Assembly (NCBI GenBank): GCA_045587105.1
Contig: JAZNBR010000056.1
Coordinates: 479-64,478, forward strand
Direction: 5' to 3'
DNA: 64,000 bases
Source: Ruminococcus sp.
GTDB taxonomy: Bacteria; Bacillota; Clostridia; Oscillospirales; Ruminococcaceae
The notes beneath the pieces were generated by a model. The model searched no databases, was not told the DNA's origin, and saw only the letters and a list, made by a program, of their open reading frames with translations. Shown one piece after another: positions 16,425 to 26,887 of this stretch. The translations under genes were made by a program, and so were the position numbers. The stretch's first letter is position 1. Each line of letters opens with the position of its first letter.

Positions 16425-17870
16425 ATGAAGCTTTGTGATCTGCTTGAAAATAATGCTCAGACAAATATCGGGGATATCGAAATATCCTCTCTGACGGACG
16501 ATACAAGAAAGGTGACGGAGGGATCTCTCTTCGTCTGCGTGAAGGGCGGAAGCTTCGATGGTCACGATGCCGCCGCTGAAATGCTTGAAAAGGGTGCGGC
16601 AGCCGTTGTCTGCGAGCGTGACCTCGGTCTCGGCGACAGACAGATTATTACGGAGAATTCCCGCAGTCTTTACGGAAAGCTCTGTTCTGCGTGGTTCGGA
16701 CATCCGGAACGTCAGCTGAAAATGATCGGAGTTACCGGCACAAACGGAAAAACTACCATTACAAGCGTTATCAAGTATATCCTCATGGCGAACGGTCACA
16801 AGACAGGTCTTGTCGGAACAATCTGCAACGAGATAGGCGATGAGGTTCTTCACACCGAGAATACTACACCGCTTGCATACGACTTCATGGCTCTGCTCCG
16901 CCGCATGGCTGACGAGAACTGCGAGTATGTAGTTATGGAGGTAAGCTCCTTCGGTCTCGTGCAGAACAGAATCGGAAGCTCTCACTTTGATATAGCAGTT
17001 TTCACGAATCTCACGCAGGATCACCTTGACTATCACAAGGACATGGAAAGCTACTATCAGGCAAAGAAAATGCTCTTTGATATATGCGATACGGCGATTA
17101 TCAACGCTGACGATGATTACGGCAGACGTCTTTATGACGAGATTTCCTGCGACAAGCTGAAATTCAGCGTGAAATCGGCAGAGGACTTCTATGCGGACGG
17201 AATCAGGATACAGGCAGGAGGCTCCGGCTTCTGGTTCTGTGACGGTCATAAGTCGCACCTTGTAAAATCACGGATTCCGGGAGCCTTCAACGTATCAAAC
17301 CTTACCGCCGCTATGGCTGTATGCCTTAAGGCAGGTCTTGACATCGGCGATATCATCTCTGCCGCTGAGTCCTGTACCGGAGTCAAGGGAAGATGCGAGG
17401 TTATCCCTACTGATACGGATTTCACCGTAATCTGCGACTACGCACATACTCCAGACGCTGTTGAGAATGTTCTCCGTAGCGTCAGGGAATACACGAAAAA
17501 CAGGCTTATCTGCCTTTTCGGCTGCGGCGGAAACCGTGACGCGGCTAAGCGTCCGAAAATGGCTGCGGCTGCGGCAAAATATGCAGACAGACTTGTAATT
17601 ACCTCCGATAATCCACGAAATGAGGCCCCCGAAGCTATCATCAGCGATATCATAAAGGGACTTGACGGCTGCGATATCCCGTACGATACCGTGACCGACA
17701 GAAGAAAAGCTATCTTTCATGCCTTGAAAATTGCAGAAAAAGATGATATAATAGTTCTTGCAGGCAAGGGACACGAGGATTATCAGGTTCTTGCCGGAAT
17801 GGAAAAAATCCACTTCGATGAACGTGAGATAGTCCGTGAGGGACTTCAGCTCCTGCGTAAAAAGGGATAA
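16425..17870 (+). CDS. murE: UDP-MurNAc-L-Ala-D-Glu:meso-diaminopimelate ligase
   Basis: ORF trimmed to ATG 16425 behind AAAGGAGG. Motifs GVTGTNGKTT and the DNPR motif typical of DAP-adding enzymes. Confidence 0.93.
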   Translation: MKLCDLLENNAQTNIGDIEISSLTDDTRKVTEGSLFVCVKGGSFDGHDAAAEMLEKGAAAVVCERDLGLGDRQIITENSRSLYGKLCSAWFGHPERQLKMIGVTGTNGKTTITSVIKYILMANGHKTGLVGTICNEIGDEVLHTENTTPLAYDFMALLRRMADENCEYVVMEVSSFGLVQNRIGSSHFDIAVFTNLTQDHLDYHKDMESYYQAKKMLFDICDTAIINADDDYGRRLYDEISCDKLKFSVKSAEDFYADGIRIQAGGSGFWFCDGHKSHLVKSRIPGAFNVSNLTAAMAVCLKAGLDIGDIISAAESCTGVKGRCEVIPTDTDFTVICDYAHTPDAVENVLRSVREYTKNRLICLFGCGGNRDAAKRPKMAAAAAKYADRLVITSDNPRNEAPEAIISDIIKGLDGCDIPYDTVTDRRKAIFHALKIAEKDDIIVLAGKGHEDYQVLAGMEKIHFDEREIVREGLQLLRKKG

Positions 17871-17886
17871 GGAAGGAATCAGATAA

Positions 17887-18918
17887 ATGTCTTACTGGAT
17901 TATAAATCTTTCAGTCACACTGCTGTCATTCGTTGTTGCCGGAGTATCGGGAATATTTCTTGTACCGTTTCTCAGGCGGATTAAATTCGGACAGCCGATA
18001 AAAACAGAGGACGGTCCCCAGTGGCACGCAAGCAAGCAGGGAACTCCCACAATGGGCGGCTTCATGTTCATAATCGCGTCGGTTGCCGTTTCGATGATAG
18101 GCTACTGGATATACAGGCTCAGGGGCGGCATTGACGTTACCTCGCAGGAGGTTCAGCACTCGTTCTTCCGGATGCTCAGCGTTGTTGTATTCGCCGTGCT
18201 TTTCGGACTTATCGGCTTTATCGACGACTTCACAAAGGTTGCAAGAAAGCATAACGACGGTCTCAGTGCCATGCAGAAGATAGCTCTCCAGACGCTGTTT
18301 TCCGTGGGATTCCTCTTTGCACTGAGTAAATTCGGCGATGGCTCAACAAGGCTTGACCTCGGCTTCTGGGAATCTCCCTCACTCGGAATCTTCTACTATA
18401 TCATCATGATTCCCGTGATTATCTACCTTACAAATGCCGTGAACCTTACTGACGGCGTTGACGGTCTGTGCGGCTCAGTTACATTTGCGGTAATGCTCGT
18501 ATTTACGGTGTGCTGTGCAATTCTTAATGAAACAGAGCTTTCTCTCTTTACAATGGCTCTTGCCGGAGGCTGTCTCGGCTTCCTTATCTGGAATCTCAAT
18601 CCGGCTAAGTGCTTCATGGGCGATACAGGCTCGATGTTCCTCGGAGCAGCAGTTACCGGCACCGGTCTTGTTCTCCACAAGCACCTGCTTCTCTTACTCG
18701 TGGCGCTCGTGTATATCATCGAGGCACTTTCAGTAGTGATTCAGGTATCGTACTTCAAATACACAAAGAAAAAGACGGGCGAAGGCAAGCGTATCTTCAA
18801 GATGACGCCTATCCATCACCATTTTGAAATGAGCGGATTCAGCGAATACAAAATCGTGATAACCTTCACTCTTACAGGCATTATTTTCGGAGTTCTGGGA
18901 ATAATAACCTTACTGTAA
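17887..18918 (+). CDS. mraY: Phospho-N-acetylmuramoyl-pentapeptide transferase
   Basis: 343 aa, polytopic; NLTDGVDGL and PIHHHFE motifs. Confidence 0.95.
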   Translation: MSYWIINLSVTLLSFVVAGVSGIFLVPFLRRIKFGQPIKTEDGPQWHASKQGTPTMGGFMFIIASVAVSMIGYWIYRLRGGIDVTSQEVQHSFFRMLSVVVFAVLFGLIGFIDDFTKVARKHNDGLSAMQKIALQTLFSVGFLFALSKFGDGSTRLDLGFWESPSLGIFYYIIMIPVIIYLTNAVNLTDGVDGLCGSVTFAVMLVFTVCCAILNETELSLFTMALAGGCLGFLIWNLNPAKCFMGDTGSMFLGAAVTGTGLVLHKHLLLLLVALVYIIEALSVVIQVSYFKYTKKKTGEGKRIFKMTPIHHHFEMSGFSEYKIVITFTLTGIIFGVLGIITLL

Positions 18919-18942
18919 TAAACGTGGGAAAGGAGATGCTCA

Positions 18943-20235
18943 ATGGCGTCAGGCAGAAAAAAGAAACAAACGACCTTTCAGCAGCTTTGGAAAACCTTTA
19001 CAGGCGAAGGCAGAAACAGCGATCTCAGTCTCTCCTTCTTCGCATACGTTATGATTCTGCTTGTAGTCGGAATCGTGATGATGTCCTCTGCCAGCTATGC
19101 GTGGGCTTACAGCGAGCATGACGGAGACGGTCTTTTCTATGCGAAGAATCAGGTCAAGAATGCGGCTATCGGTCTTGTCGCACTGTTCTTCTTCATGAAG
19201 ATGGATTACCACAATCTGAAGAACATCAAGCTGCCGGTACTCAAGAAATTCAATATCGCCGGACTTCTCTATTTTCTCGGTGCTATACTGCTTGTAGTCG
19301 TGCTGTTCATCGGAAGCGACGAGGGCGGTACCATGGGTGCGAAAAGATGGCTTTCTCTCGGAGCTTCACTGAGCTTCCAGCCGTCCGAGGTTGCAAAGCT
19401 TGCCATAATCATTTTCTTTGCGTACAGCATGGAGCGTGACGGCAAGAAAATGAACGATTTCCGTGTGGGAATCCTCAAATATGCCGGTCTCATGGGTGTA
19501 TATGCCTTCCTTCTGCTTATGGAGCCGCATCTGTCCGGTATCATCCTTGTTGCGACAATCGCCGTTGCGATGATACTCTGCGGCGGTGCGAACAGAAAAC
19601 AGTTCATTATACTCGGAGCGTCCGTTCTCGCGATAGCAATTGTAATCATCGTGGTTCAGGCGAATACTCCGGGAAGCTACGTTGCGGTAAGAATAAAATC
19701 GTGGCAGAATCCCTTTGCGGACGTCCTCAACGATACATGGCAGACAGCCAACTCCATTATCGCAATAGGCTCCGGCGGACTTTTCGGTCTCGGACTTGGA
19801 AATTCACGCCAGAAATATCTCTACCTCCCCGAAACAAAAAACGACTTTGTATTCCCTATCGTCTGCGAGGAGCTCGGCTTTGTCGGAGCACTTGCGATAA
19901 TTCTTGTGTTCTTCCTGCTTGTGGTCGAGGGATTTTCAATAGCCGTCCGCTGCAAGGACCGCTTCGGAATGCTCATTGCAGTCGGAATCACAACGCAGAT
20001 AGGAATTCAGACAGTTCTGAATCTGGCGGTTGTAAGCAATCTCATACCGAATACGGGAATCAGTCTGCCGTTTTTCAGCTACGGCGGAACGGCTCTGATA
20101 ATGCAGCTTGCCGAAATGGGCATCATGCTGAATATCTCGCAGCAGAGGTATTATCCCGATGAAAATAAAACGAAAAAGAAAAAATCCGCACCGAAGCAGA
20201 AGAAGTCTCCGGAAAGCGGAAGAAATCCGGCATAA
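18943..20235 (+). CDS. ftsW: SEDS-family peptidoglycan polymerase FtsW/SpoVE
   Basis: 430 aa, about 10 TM segments, FtsW/RodA signature (LPFFSYGGTA). Located in the dcw cluster. Confidence 0.9.
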   Translation: MASGRKKKQTTFQQLWKTFTGEGRNSDLSLSFFAYVMILLVVGIVMMSSASYAWAYSEHDGDGLFYAKNQVKNAAIGLVALFFFMKMDYHNLKNIKLPVLKKFNIAGLLYFLGAILLVVVLFIGSDEGGTMGAKRWLSLGASLSFQPSEVAKLAIIIFFAYSMERDGKKMNDFRVGILKYAGLMGVYAFLLLMEPHLSGIILVATIAVAMILCGGANRKQFIILGASVLAIAIVIIVVQANTPGSYVAVRIKSWQNPFADVLNDTWQTANSIIAIGSGGLFGLGLGNSRQKYLYLPETKNDFVFPIVCEELGFVGALAIILVFFLLVVEGFSIAVRCKDRFGMLIAVGITTQIGIQTVLNLAVVSNLIPNTGISLPFFSYGGTALIMQLAEMGIMLNISQQRYYPDENKTKKKKSAPKQKKSPESGRNPA

Positions 20236-20265
20236 ACCGGAGCGTGAACAGAGAAAGGTGATACT

Positions 20266-21402
20266 ATGAAGGTACTTATTTCCTGCGGAGGCACCGGAGG
20301 ACATATCAATCCCGGTCTTGCCATTGCAGATATCATAAAGACAAAATATCCGGACGCAGAGTTCCTTTTTGCGGGAACTCCCAACGGTATGGAATCAAAG
20401 CTTGTCCCGAAGGCGGGATACAGGCTTGAAACTATAAAGGTTGCCGGCTTCCAGAGAAGAATTTCGCTGGAGAACGTCGGCAGAAACGCAAAGGCTCTTG
20501 CGTACCTTGCGACCTCCGGAAAGAGGGCAAAGGAGATAATCAGCGGTTTTTCGCCTGATATCGCCATAGGTACCGGCGGATATGCCGCAGGTCCGGTTAT
20601 ACGCAAGGCGGCTAAAATGGGAATTCCCACTGCTATCCATGAGCAGAACGCATATCCCGGCGTGACGAACAGGCTTCTCTCCAAGGAGGTTGACTACGTT
20701 ATGCTGACGGTCAAGGAAGCACTTGATTTCATGGACAAAAGCAAGTTCGAGTACAGCGTTACGGGACTTCCCGTGAGAAGCAATATCAATACAATGAGCA
20801 AGGCTGAGGCAAGAAGGAAGCTCGGCTTTGACGACAGCTTCACGATTCTTTCGTTCGGCGGAAGTCTCGGTGCAGGCTGCATAAACGATACCATGACGGA
20901 GGTCGTGAAGTGGCATACCGGCGAGGGACTTGAAATCAACCACATTCACGGCTACGGCGGCATGGGTAAGGATACCTTTCCGCAGGCGATGAAGGCGGCT
21001 GGAATTCCGCTGAAAAGCAATCGTCTGAGGATAACCGAGTACATAGACGATATGGATGTCTGTCTTGCGGCGGCAGATCTTGTGATATGCCGTTCAGGAG
21101 CGTCCACACTTGCAGAGCTTCAGGCAGCAGGAAAGGCTTCAATTCTCATTCCTTCACCGATTGTTGCAGGAAATCACCAGTACCACAACGCAATGGTTCT
21201 CGGCAGGGCAGGAGCCGCTGTCGTTATGGAGCAGAAGGATGTCACCAATGAAAAGATGGTATCCGAGCTGAAAAGGCTTTATGAATCGCCTGATACGGTG
21301 GAAATTATGTCGGAATGTGCGGCAAAGCTCCACCTTAAGGATACAAACGAGCGTATTCTTGCGGTAGTTGAAAAGCTTCTCGTAAAGAAGAACACAAAGT
21401 AA
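20266..21402 (+). CDS. murG: UDP-GlcNAc:lipid I GlcNAc transferase MurG
   Basis: 378 aa: GGTGGHINPGLA, typical MurG C-terminal domain. Confidence 0.93.
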   Translation: MKVLISCGGTGGHINPGLAIADIIKTKYPDAEFLFAGTPNGMESKLVPKAGYRLETIKVAGFQRRISLENVGRNAKALAYLATSGKRAKEIISGFSPDIAIGTGGYAAGPVIRKAAKMGIPTAIHEQNAYPGVTNRLLSKEVDYVMLTVKEALDFMDKSKFEYSVTGLPVRSNINTMSKAEARRKLGFDDSFTILSFGGSLGAGCINDTMTEVVKWHTGEGLEINHIHGYGGMGKDTFPQAMKAAGIPLKSNRLRITEYIDDMDVCLAAADLVICRSGASTLAELQAAGKASILIPSPIVAGNHQYHNAMVLGRAGAAVVMEQKDVTNEKMVSELKRLYESPDTVEIMSECAAKLHLKDTNERILAVVEKLLVKKNTK

Positions 21403-21461
21403 CAAAGTAACAAACAATCCGCCCACAGCATAATATAAAAAAATTGCTGTGAGGTGATATA

Positions 21462-22721
21462 ATGCAGAAACTGATAATAAACGGCGGCAGACGGCTCAGG
21501 GGTGAGCTTTCGCTTCAGGGCAGCAAGAACAGTTCACTGCCGATAATGGCGGCTTCACTGCTTTGCAGGGGAGAATGTACTCTTACGAACTGTCCGAGGC
21601 TTACCGATGTGTATTCTGCCGCAAGAATCCTGAACTGCGTGGGATGCAGATGCAATTTTTCGGGGAATACGGTCACGATTGATTCCTCGGTAATAAGCGG
21701 AACGGTTATTTCCGAAGCTCTCATGCGTGAAATGCGGTCGTCGATAATATTCATGGGTGCAATGGTCGGAAGTTCCGGCGAATGTACCGTGAGTATCCCC
21801 GGAGGGTGTGAGCTTGGTCCACGCCCGATAGATATGCACCTTGCCGCACTGCGGAAAATGGGTGTGGATATCAGGGAAAACGGCGGAAAAATCGTGTGCA
21901 GAACTCCGTCCGGAAGTGCAAGGGGAGCAAGGATTTCACTGTCGTTTCCGTCGGTCGGAGCAACGGAGAATATCATCCTGTGTGCAGTGACCGCTGACGG
22001 CGAGACTATCATAAACAATGCGGCAAGAGAACCGGAAATCTGCGATCTGTGCGGATTTCTGAGAGCCTGCGGAGCCGATATATCGGGCGACGGAGAAAGC
22101 CGTATTGTCATAAGGGGCAGAAAGAGGCTCCATGGCTGTGAATACCGTATCATGGCGGACAGAATCGCCGGTGCGACGTATCTTTCGATGACGGCAGCCA
22201 CAAGGGGCGAAATTATACTTACAGACGCCTGTACCGCTGAAATGGAACCGTTCCTGTCTGTTCTGGAGCAGACGGGATGCAGTATCTATACACGGGGCGA
22301 CAGAATCTACCTGAGAAGCGGCTCACGGCTCAGGGCGGTCAGGGAAAGGATAAGGACAATGCCGCATCCGGGATTTCCCACGGACGCTCAGGCAGTTCTT
22401 ATGGCGGCACTGATAACGGCTGAGGGAACAAGCGTGTTCGAGGAGAACATCTTCCACTGCCGGTACCGTCACACGGACGCCTTTGTGAAAATGGGGGCGG
22501 ATATACAGGTTCTCGGAAAGGCAGCGATAATAAAGGGAGTACCGTCGCTCTGCGGAGCATCGGTCGAGGCTACTGATCTTCGGGGCGGAGCAGCAATGGT
22601 CGCTGCGGCACTCTCAGCTGAGGGAACCTCGGAGATAAGCCGGATATCCCACATCGACAGGGGCTATGAAAAAATAGAGGAGGTCATCAGGGGACTGGGC
22701 GGAGATATCGTCCGCGTCTGA
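21462..22721 (+). CDS. murA: UDP-N-acetylglucosamine 1-carboxyvinyltransferase
   Basis: 419 aa: QGSKNSSLPI, active-site loop PGGCELGPRPID. Confidence 0.93.
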   Translation: MQKLIINGGRRLRGELSLQGSKNSSLPIMAASLLCRGECTLTNCPRLTDVYSAARILNCVGCRCNFSGNTVTIDSSVISGTVISEALMREMRSSIIFMGAMVGSSGECTVSIPGGCELGPRPIDMHLAALRKMGVDIRENGGKIVCRTPSGSARGARISLSFPSVGATENIILCAVTADGETIINNAAREPEICDLCGFLRACGADISGDGESRIVIRGRKRLHGCEYRIMADRIAGATYLSMTAATRGEIILTDACTAEMEPFLSVLEQTGCSIYTRGDRIYLRSGSRLRAVRERIRTMPHPGFPTDAQAVLMAALITAEGTSVFEENIFHCRYRHTDAFVKMGADIQVLGKAAIIKGVPSLCGASVEATDLRGGAAMVAAALSAEGTSEISRISHIDRGYEKIEEVIRGLGGDIVRV

Positions 22722-23755
22722 TGACGAATGGAGATAATATGAAGGACGTTGAGAAAACAAGCGTTAAGAGGAACAACAGCCGCAAGCGTACAAGACGACG
22801 CGGACGCTGGATGAACCTCTACGGACTGGCAGTTGCACTCATTGTGCTGACGGTCGGAATAACATTCTGTTATACATTTTTATTCAATCTGAATGAGATA
22901 AGAGTCTCAGGAGAGTCGGATATGTACTCTGCCGAGGAAATCGTTGCGGCGGCAGGAATAAACAAGGGCGATAATCTCCTGAGACTTGAAACGGAAAAGA
23001 GCGAGAAGCAGATTCTGGACAAGCTGCTTTACGTTGAAACGGCAAAGGTGTCAAAGAAGTTCCCGTCATCGGTTGAAATCAAGGTAACACGCTGTATTCC
23101 GGCGTATAACGTCTTTCACGAGAACGGTGTTCTTCTGGTGAGCAAGAAGGGAAAGATTCTTGCGGCAAACAGCTCTCCGTCGGCAGAGGCAGTAAGCGGA
23201 CTCCCGTCGATATACGGCTATGAGCCGTCAGTTGTGACAGCCGGAAAGATGCTTGATACGGAAAACGACCACAAGAACGAGGCATTCAGCGAGCTTGTTT
23301 CATGTCTGGCTACAAAGGGCGATGTCGATATAACGTCGGTTGATATGACAAACGAGTTTGCTATCACGGTCAACTATAAAAACGGAATGGTCTTCCGGAT
23401 GGGCGGCTGGACGGATGTCGAGTACAAGCTCAGCCTTGCCGAAAGCGTCATGCAGGAGGAATCAATCAGGGGCAAAAAGGGCTATCTTACGATGATCGGA
23501 ACGAATCAGTGCAGCTTCAGAATGACTGACAAGCCGGTGGGAAATTCCGGAGACAGCGGCACAGAGGATCAGCTCGGAGAAATTGCCGGAAACGTTACGG
23601 GAGAAGTAAATCCCGATCAGGAAGCACTTTTCGATGAGTTCGGAAATTACAGCGGACAGTCCGGAACGGAAATTCCTCAGGAGCAGTACGGTGATGATTA
23701 CAGTCAGAGTGACGCTGTCGGAGACCAGTATAGCGGAGATACGGTGCTGTATTAG
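22721..23755 (+). CDS. ftsQ: Cell-division protein FtsQ/DivIB (POTRA domain)
   Basis: 344 aa, TM segment then POTRA (LNEIRVSGESDMYSAEEI...). The start overlaps the murA stop (TGATG). Confidence 0.8.
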   Translation: MTNGDNMKDVEKTSVKRNNSRKRTRRRGRWMNLYGLAVALIVLTVGITFCYTFLFNLNEIRVSGESDMYSAEEIVAAAGINKGDNLLRLETEKSEKQILDKLLYVETAKVSKKFPSSVEIKVTRCIPAYNVFHENGVLLVSKKGKILAANSSPSAEAVSGLPSIYGYEPSVVTAGKMLDTENDHKNEAFSELVSCLATKGDVDITSVDMTNEFAITVNYKNGMVFRMGGWTDVEYKLSLAESVMQEESIRGKKGYLTMIGTNQCSFRMTDKPVGNSGDSGTEDQLGEIAGNVTGEVNPDQEALFDEFGNYSGQSGTEIPQEQYGDDYSQSDAVGDQYSGDTVLY

Positions 23756-23837
23756 CCTGAAGGTCTGTACAAAATGAACTAAAATTACTCTTTGTGATTG
23801 TGAAATGTGCTGAAATTTGAAAAAATTAAATAATACC

Positions 23838-23866
23838 TTGCAAAAGAGATAATATTGTGCTAAAAT
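23838..23866 (+). promoter_or_regulatory. Sigma-A promoter directly upstream of ftsZ
   Basis: TTGCAA (23838-43), 17-nt spacer, TGcTAAAAT (-10 at 23861-66). Confidence 0.6.
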
Positions 23867-23938
23867 AATATGTGTATTTATAGTGTATTATCATGTCTGT
23901 TTAAATATACAGGATAAAATATGTAGGAGGAGTATACA

Positions 23939-25063
23939 ATGTCTGATTTCAATTACGAAGAAGCTCTTGAACCCGATGTAAATATAAAGGTCATCGGTGT
24001 CGGCGGCGGCGGCGGAAATGCCGTAAACTGCATGGTAGATTCAGGAGTAAGTAATATCGAATATATCGCAGTCAACACAGACGCCAAGGCTCTTAACAAG
24101 TCAAAGGCTACTACAAGAATTCCGATCGGTGCAAAGCTCACAAAGGGCAGAGGTGCAGGCAACAAGCCTGAAATCGGTCAGAGAAGTGCAGAGGAAAACC
24201 GTGACGAAATTGAATCACACCTCAAGGGTGCTGATATGATCTTTATCACTGCCGGAATGGGCGGCGGTACAGGTACCGGTGCGGCTCCTGTTGTTGCAAG
24301 AATCGCTAAGGAAATGGATATCCTTACTGTTGCAGTAGTTACAAAGCCCTTCCACTTTGAAAGAGAACAGAAAATGGCTCAGGCTGAAAAGGGTATCGCT
24401 GAGCTCAAAAAATACGTTGATTCCCTTATCGTTATCCCCAACGAGCGTCTCCTCGTTGGTCTGGACAAGCCCCTCACAATGATGCAGTCCTTCGCTCTCT
24501 CAGATGACGTCCTCAAGACAGGTGTAAAGAGCATCTCCGACCTCATCGTTGAGGAAGGTTACATAAACCTCGATTTTGCCGATGTATCCACAATCATGAA
24601 GGGTGCAGGCTACGCTCACATGGCTATCGGTCACGGCTCCGGCAAGGACAAGGCAAGAGACGCTGCAAATGCAGTAATCTCCAGCCCTCTCCTCGAAACA
24701 TCTATCTCCGGTGCCAAGAGACTTCTTATCAATATCGCTATGTCTGAGGATATTCTCTCCTCCGATGTTGACGCTGCTACAAAGATGATCACTGATACAG
24801 CAGCTGAAGGCGTTGAGTTCATCTTCGGTACAGCTTTCAAGGAAGATATGCAGGATGAAATGACTATCACTGTTATCGCTGCCGGCTTCGATGAGGAAGA
24901 TGGTGCAGGCGAAGCAGCTGAAGCTCCTTCTGTTGAGGAGGAAATCATTCAGATCGACAATCCTCTTATCGACGGACTCGGTCTCGGCGGAAGCACTTCC
25001 AAGCCGTCCGCTTCAAGTCAGGATTACGACCTCGACGATATCTTCAAAATGCTCGGCAACTAA
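23939..25063 (+). CDS. ftsZ: Cell-division GTPase FtsZ
   Basis: 374 aa: [22 protein letters not shown]. Confidence 0.97.
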   Translation: MSDFNYEEALEPDVNIKVIGVGGGGGNAVNCMVDSGVSNIEYIAVNTDAKALNKSKATTRIPIGAKLTKGRGAGNKPEIGQRSAEENRDEIESHLKGADMIFITAGMGGGTGTGAAPVVARIAKEMDILTVAVVTKPFHFEREQKMAQAEKGIAELKKYVDSLIVIPNERLLVGLDKPLTMMQSFALSDDVLKTGVKSISDLIVEEGYINLDFADVSTIMKGAGYAHMAIGHGSGKDKARDAANAVISSPLLETSISGAKRLLINIAMSEDILSSDVDAATKMITDTAAEGVEFIFGTAFKEDMQDEMTITVIAAGFDEEDGAGEAAEAPSVEEEIIQIDNPLIDGLGLGGSTSKPSASSQDYDLDDIFKMLGN

Positions 25064-25076
25064 TCTGAATTCTCAG

Positions 25077-25110
25077 GCGGCTTCTATTAGCAGGAGCCGC
25101 TTTTATTTTT
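25077..25110 (+). terminator. Rho-independent terminator after ftsZ
   Basis: GCGGCT-loop-AGCCGC followed by TTTTATTTTT. Confidence 0.75.
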
Positions 25111-25196
25111 AGCTTAAACACAATAAGTCTGCCGGAATCAACGTATTTTTATATTAAATGCACTAAAAAAGACGTAAAATTTCTACATATTAGTAA

Positions 25197-25225
25197 TTGA
25201 AATTCATTTTCGGATATGTTATAAT
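25197..25225 (+). promoter_or_regulatory. Sigma-A promoter of the coiled-coil gene
   Basis: TTGAAA (25197-202), 17-nt spacer, TGtTATAAT (-10 at 25220-25). Confidence 0.6.
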
Positions 25226-25294
25226 ATTTTAAAGGCATTTTATTTCCTTGAAAATTTTAACCTCGTTCATCCGAGGGGAAATGGAGTTTTTACA

Positions 25295-26887
25295 ATGGCA
25301 GAATCAACAATTTTAAGAGAAACCAAAATCGGTCAGAAGGGCTTTATCAAAGAAGACGTTATGACCTACATAGACGAGCTTAATTCTAAGATCGTTTCCC
25401 TCGAGGATGAGCTCAAAAAGGGTGCTCCCGCTACTCCTGTCGATCAGCAGGAAATTATCAAGTATCGCAATCAGATCGACAACCTTCAGGAAAAGCTCAA
25501 CGCTTCAAATAACGCTCTCAGAGCTGCTAAGAAGGAAGTAGAAGAACTCCAGCAGCAGCATGACTCCGATCTTAAGATCATCGAACAGCTTAAGGCTGGC
25601 GGTCCGGGTGCGGCAGCTGCAGCAGCTCAGTCCAACGCTCAGACAGCAGCAGCTCTTGAAGCAGCTAAGAAGGAAATCGACAAGCTCAACGCTCAGCTTA
25701 AGGAAGCTCAGGCTAAGGCGGCAGCTCCTCAGCAGAACGCTCAGAACGCTCAGAACGCTCAGGCTGTTGCGGCTCTTGAAGCAGCTAAAAAGGAAATCGA
25801 CAGACTCAACGCTCAGCTTAAGGAAGCTCAGGCTAAGGCAGCAGCTCCTGCACCTGCTGAACAGGCAGCCAATAACGCAGAAATCGCTAAGGTTAAGCAG
25901 GAAATCGCAAGACTTACAAGCGAACTCGGCAATAAGTCCAAGGAAATCGCTGAGAGAGACAATACAATCGCTCAGATTACCAAGGATAAGGAAAATACAG
26001 CGGCTCAGCTCAAGTCCAAGGACGATGAAATCGCTAAGCTCAATGGCGAGATCTCATCACTTAATGGCGAAATTACATCACTTAAGGAAGCTGCAAGCGA
26101 TCCTACTGCTCAGATGGGACTTATCTTCGCTGAGGCTCAGAAGACTGTATCTATGCTGAAAACTCAGGCTAAGGCTGACGCAGAAAAGACTGTATCAGAC
26201 GCAACTGAAAAGGCTGAGGCTATCCTCAGTGAGGCAAATGCCAAGGCTGAAAAGACAATCAGCGAGGCTAACGTTACTGCTGAAGCCTGCATCAACGAAG
26301 CTAACGATCAGGCTAAGTCAACTGTTGACAACGCTAACAAGCACGCAGATAAGGTTAACGAGATGTCCTCATCAGTAAGAGCTATGCTCCTTAAGGAAAT
26401 CGAAAGCGTTAATACTAAATTCAACGATATATCTTCAGTTCTCAACCGCCTTACAAGTCAGGCAACTGACCGCATGAGCGAGGCTCAGCTTATTATCGGC
26501 GACGCTAAGAAGTCAATCGGCAGTGCTGAGGGAATTCAGAAGGCTGAGGCTCCTAAGGCTGATTTTAAGGCTTCTGAAGCTCCTAAGGCTTCACTCTCCG
26601 ATATCGGAAAGGAAGCTCCGTCGGCATCATCTGACGCTAAAAAGGACGATAAGTATGATCCCTTCGCAAGCATAGGCTCTGCCGGATCGTATGCAAGCAA
26701 GAATCCTGTTTATAATAACAACAATAACAACAGCAAGCCGGCAGCGGCTCCTGCACATTCATCTGCTCCCGCACCTGCATCAGCACCAAAGCAGAATGCA
26801 GCTCCTAAGAAGAATAACTTCGGCTTCGATATGGAAGCTCTCCTTAAGGCAGCAGAAGAAGAAGCAGCTAAGAATCCCGAAGAATAA
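25295..26887 (+). CDS. Long Ala/Gln/Lys-rich coiled-coil protein with a DivIVA-like N-terminus
   Basis: 530 aa. The N-terminus (GFIKEDVMTYIDELNSKI) resembles the DivIVA/GpsB head. Heptad-rich body, internal duplication, poly-Asn tail. Located immediately downstream of ftsZ. Confidence 0.7.
   Translation: MAESTILRETKIGQKGFIKEDVMTYIDELNSKIVSLEDELKKGAPATPVDQQEIIKYRNQIDNLQEKLNASNNALRAAKKEVEELQQQHDSDLKIIEQLKAGGPGAAAAAAQSNAQTAAALEAAKKEIDKLNAQLKEAQAKAAAPQQNAQNAQNAQAVAALEAAKKEIDRLNAQLKEAQAKAAAPAPAEQAANNAEIAKVKQEIARLTSELGNKSKEIAERDNTIAQITKDKENTAAQLKSKDDEIAKLNGEISSLNGEITSLKEAASDPTAQMGLIFAEAQKTVSMLKTQAKADAEKTVSDATEKAEAILSEANAKAEKTISEANVTAEACINEANDQAKSTVDNANKHADKVNEMSSSVRAMLLKEIESVNTKFNDISSVLNRLTSQATDRMSEAQLIIGDAKKSIGSAEGIQKAEAPKADFKASEAPKASLSDIGKEAPSASSDAKKDDKYDPFASIGSAGSYASKNPVYNNNNNNSKPAAAPAHSSAPAPASAPKQNAAPKKNNFGFDMEALLKAAEEEAAKNPEE
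25652..25849 (+). repeat. In-frame duplication inside the coiled-coil gene
   Basis: 78-bp segments 25652-25729 and 25772-25849 differ at about 4 positions (120-bp period). They are separated by 3 x CAGAACGCT (QNA). Confidence 0.85.

Noticed and set aside
25560-26159. 199-aa Leu/Arg/Ser-rich ORF in an alternative frame of the coiled-coil gene
   Set aside because: It is a frame artefact of the GCT/CAG-rich repetitive coding sequence. The +1 frame (25295..26887) has a promoter and RBS and gives coherent heptad-repeat protein.
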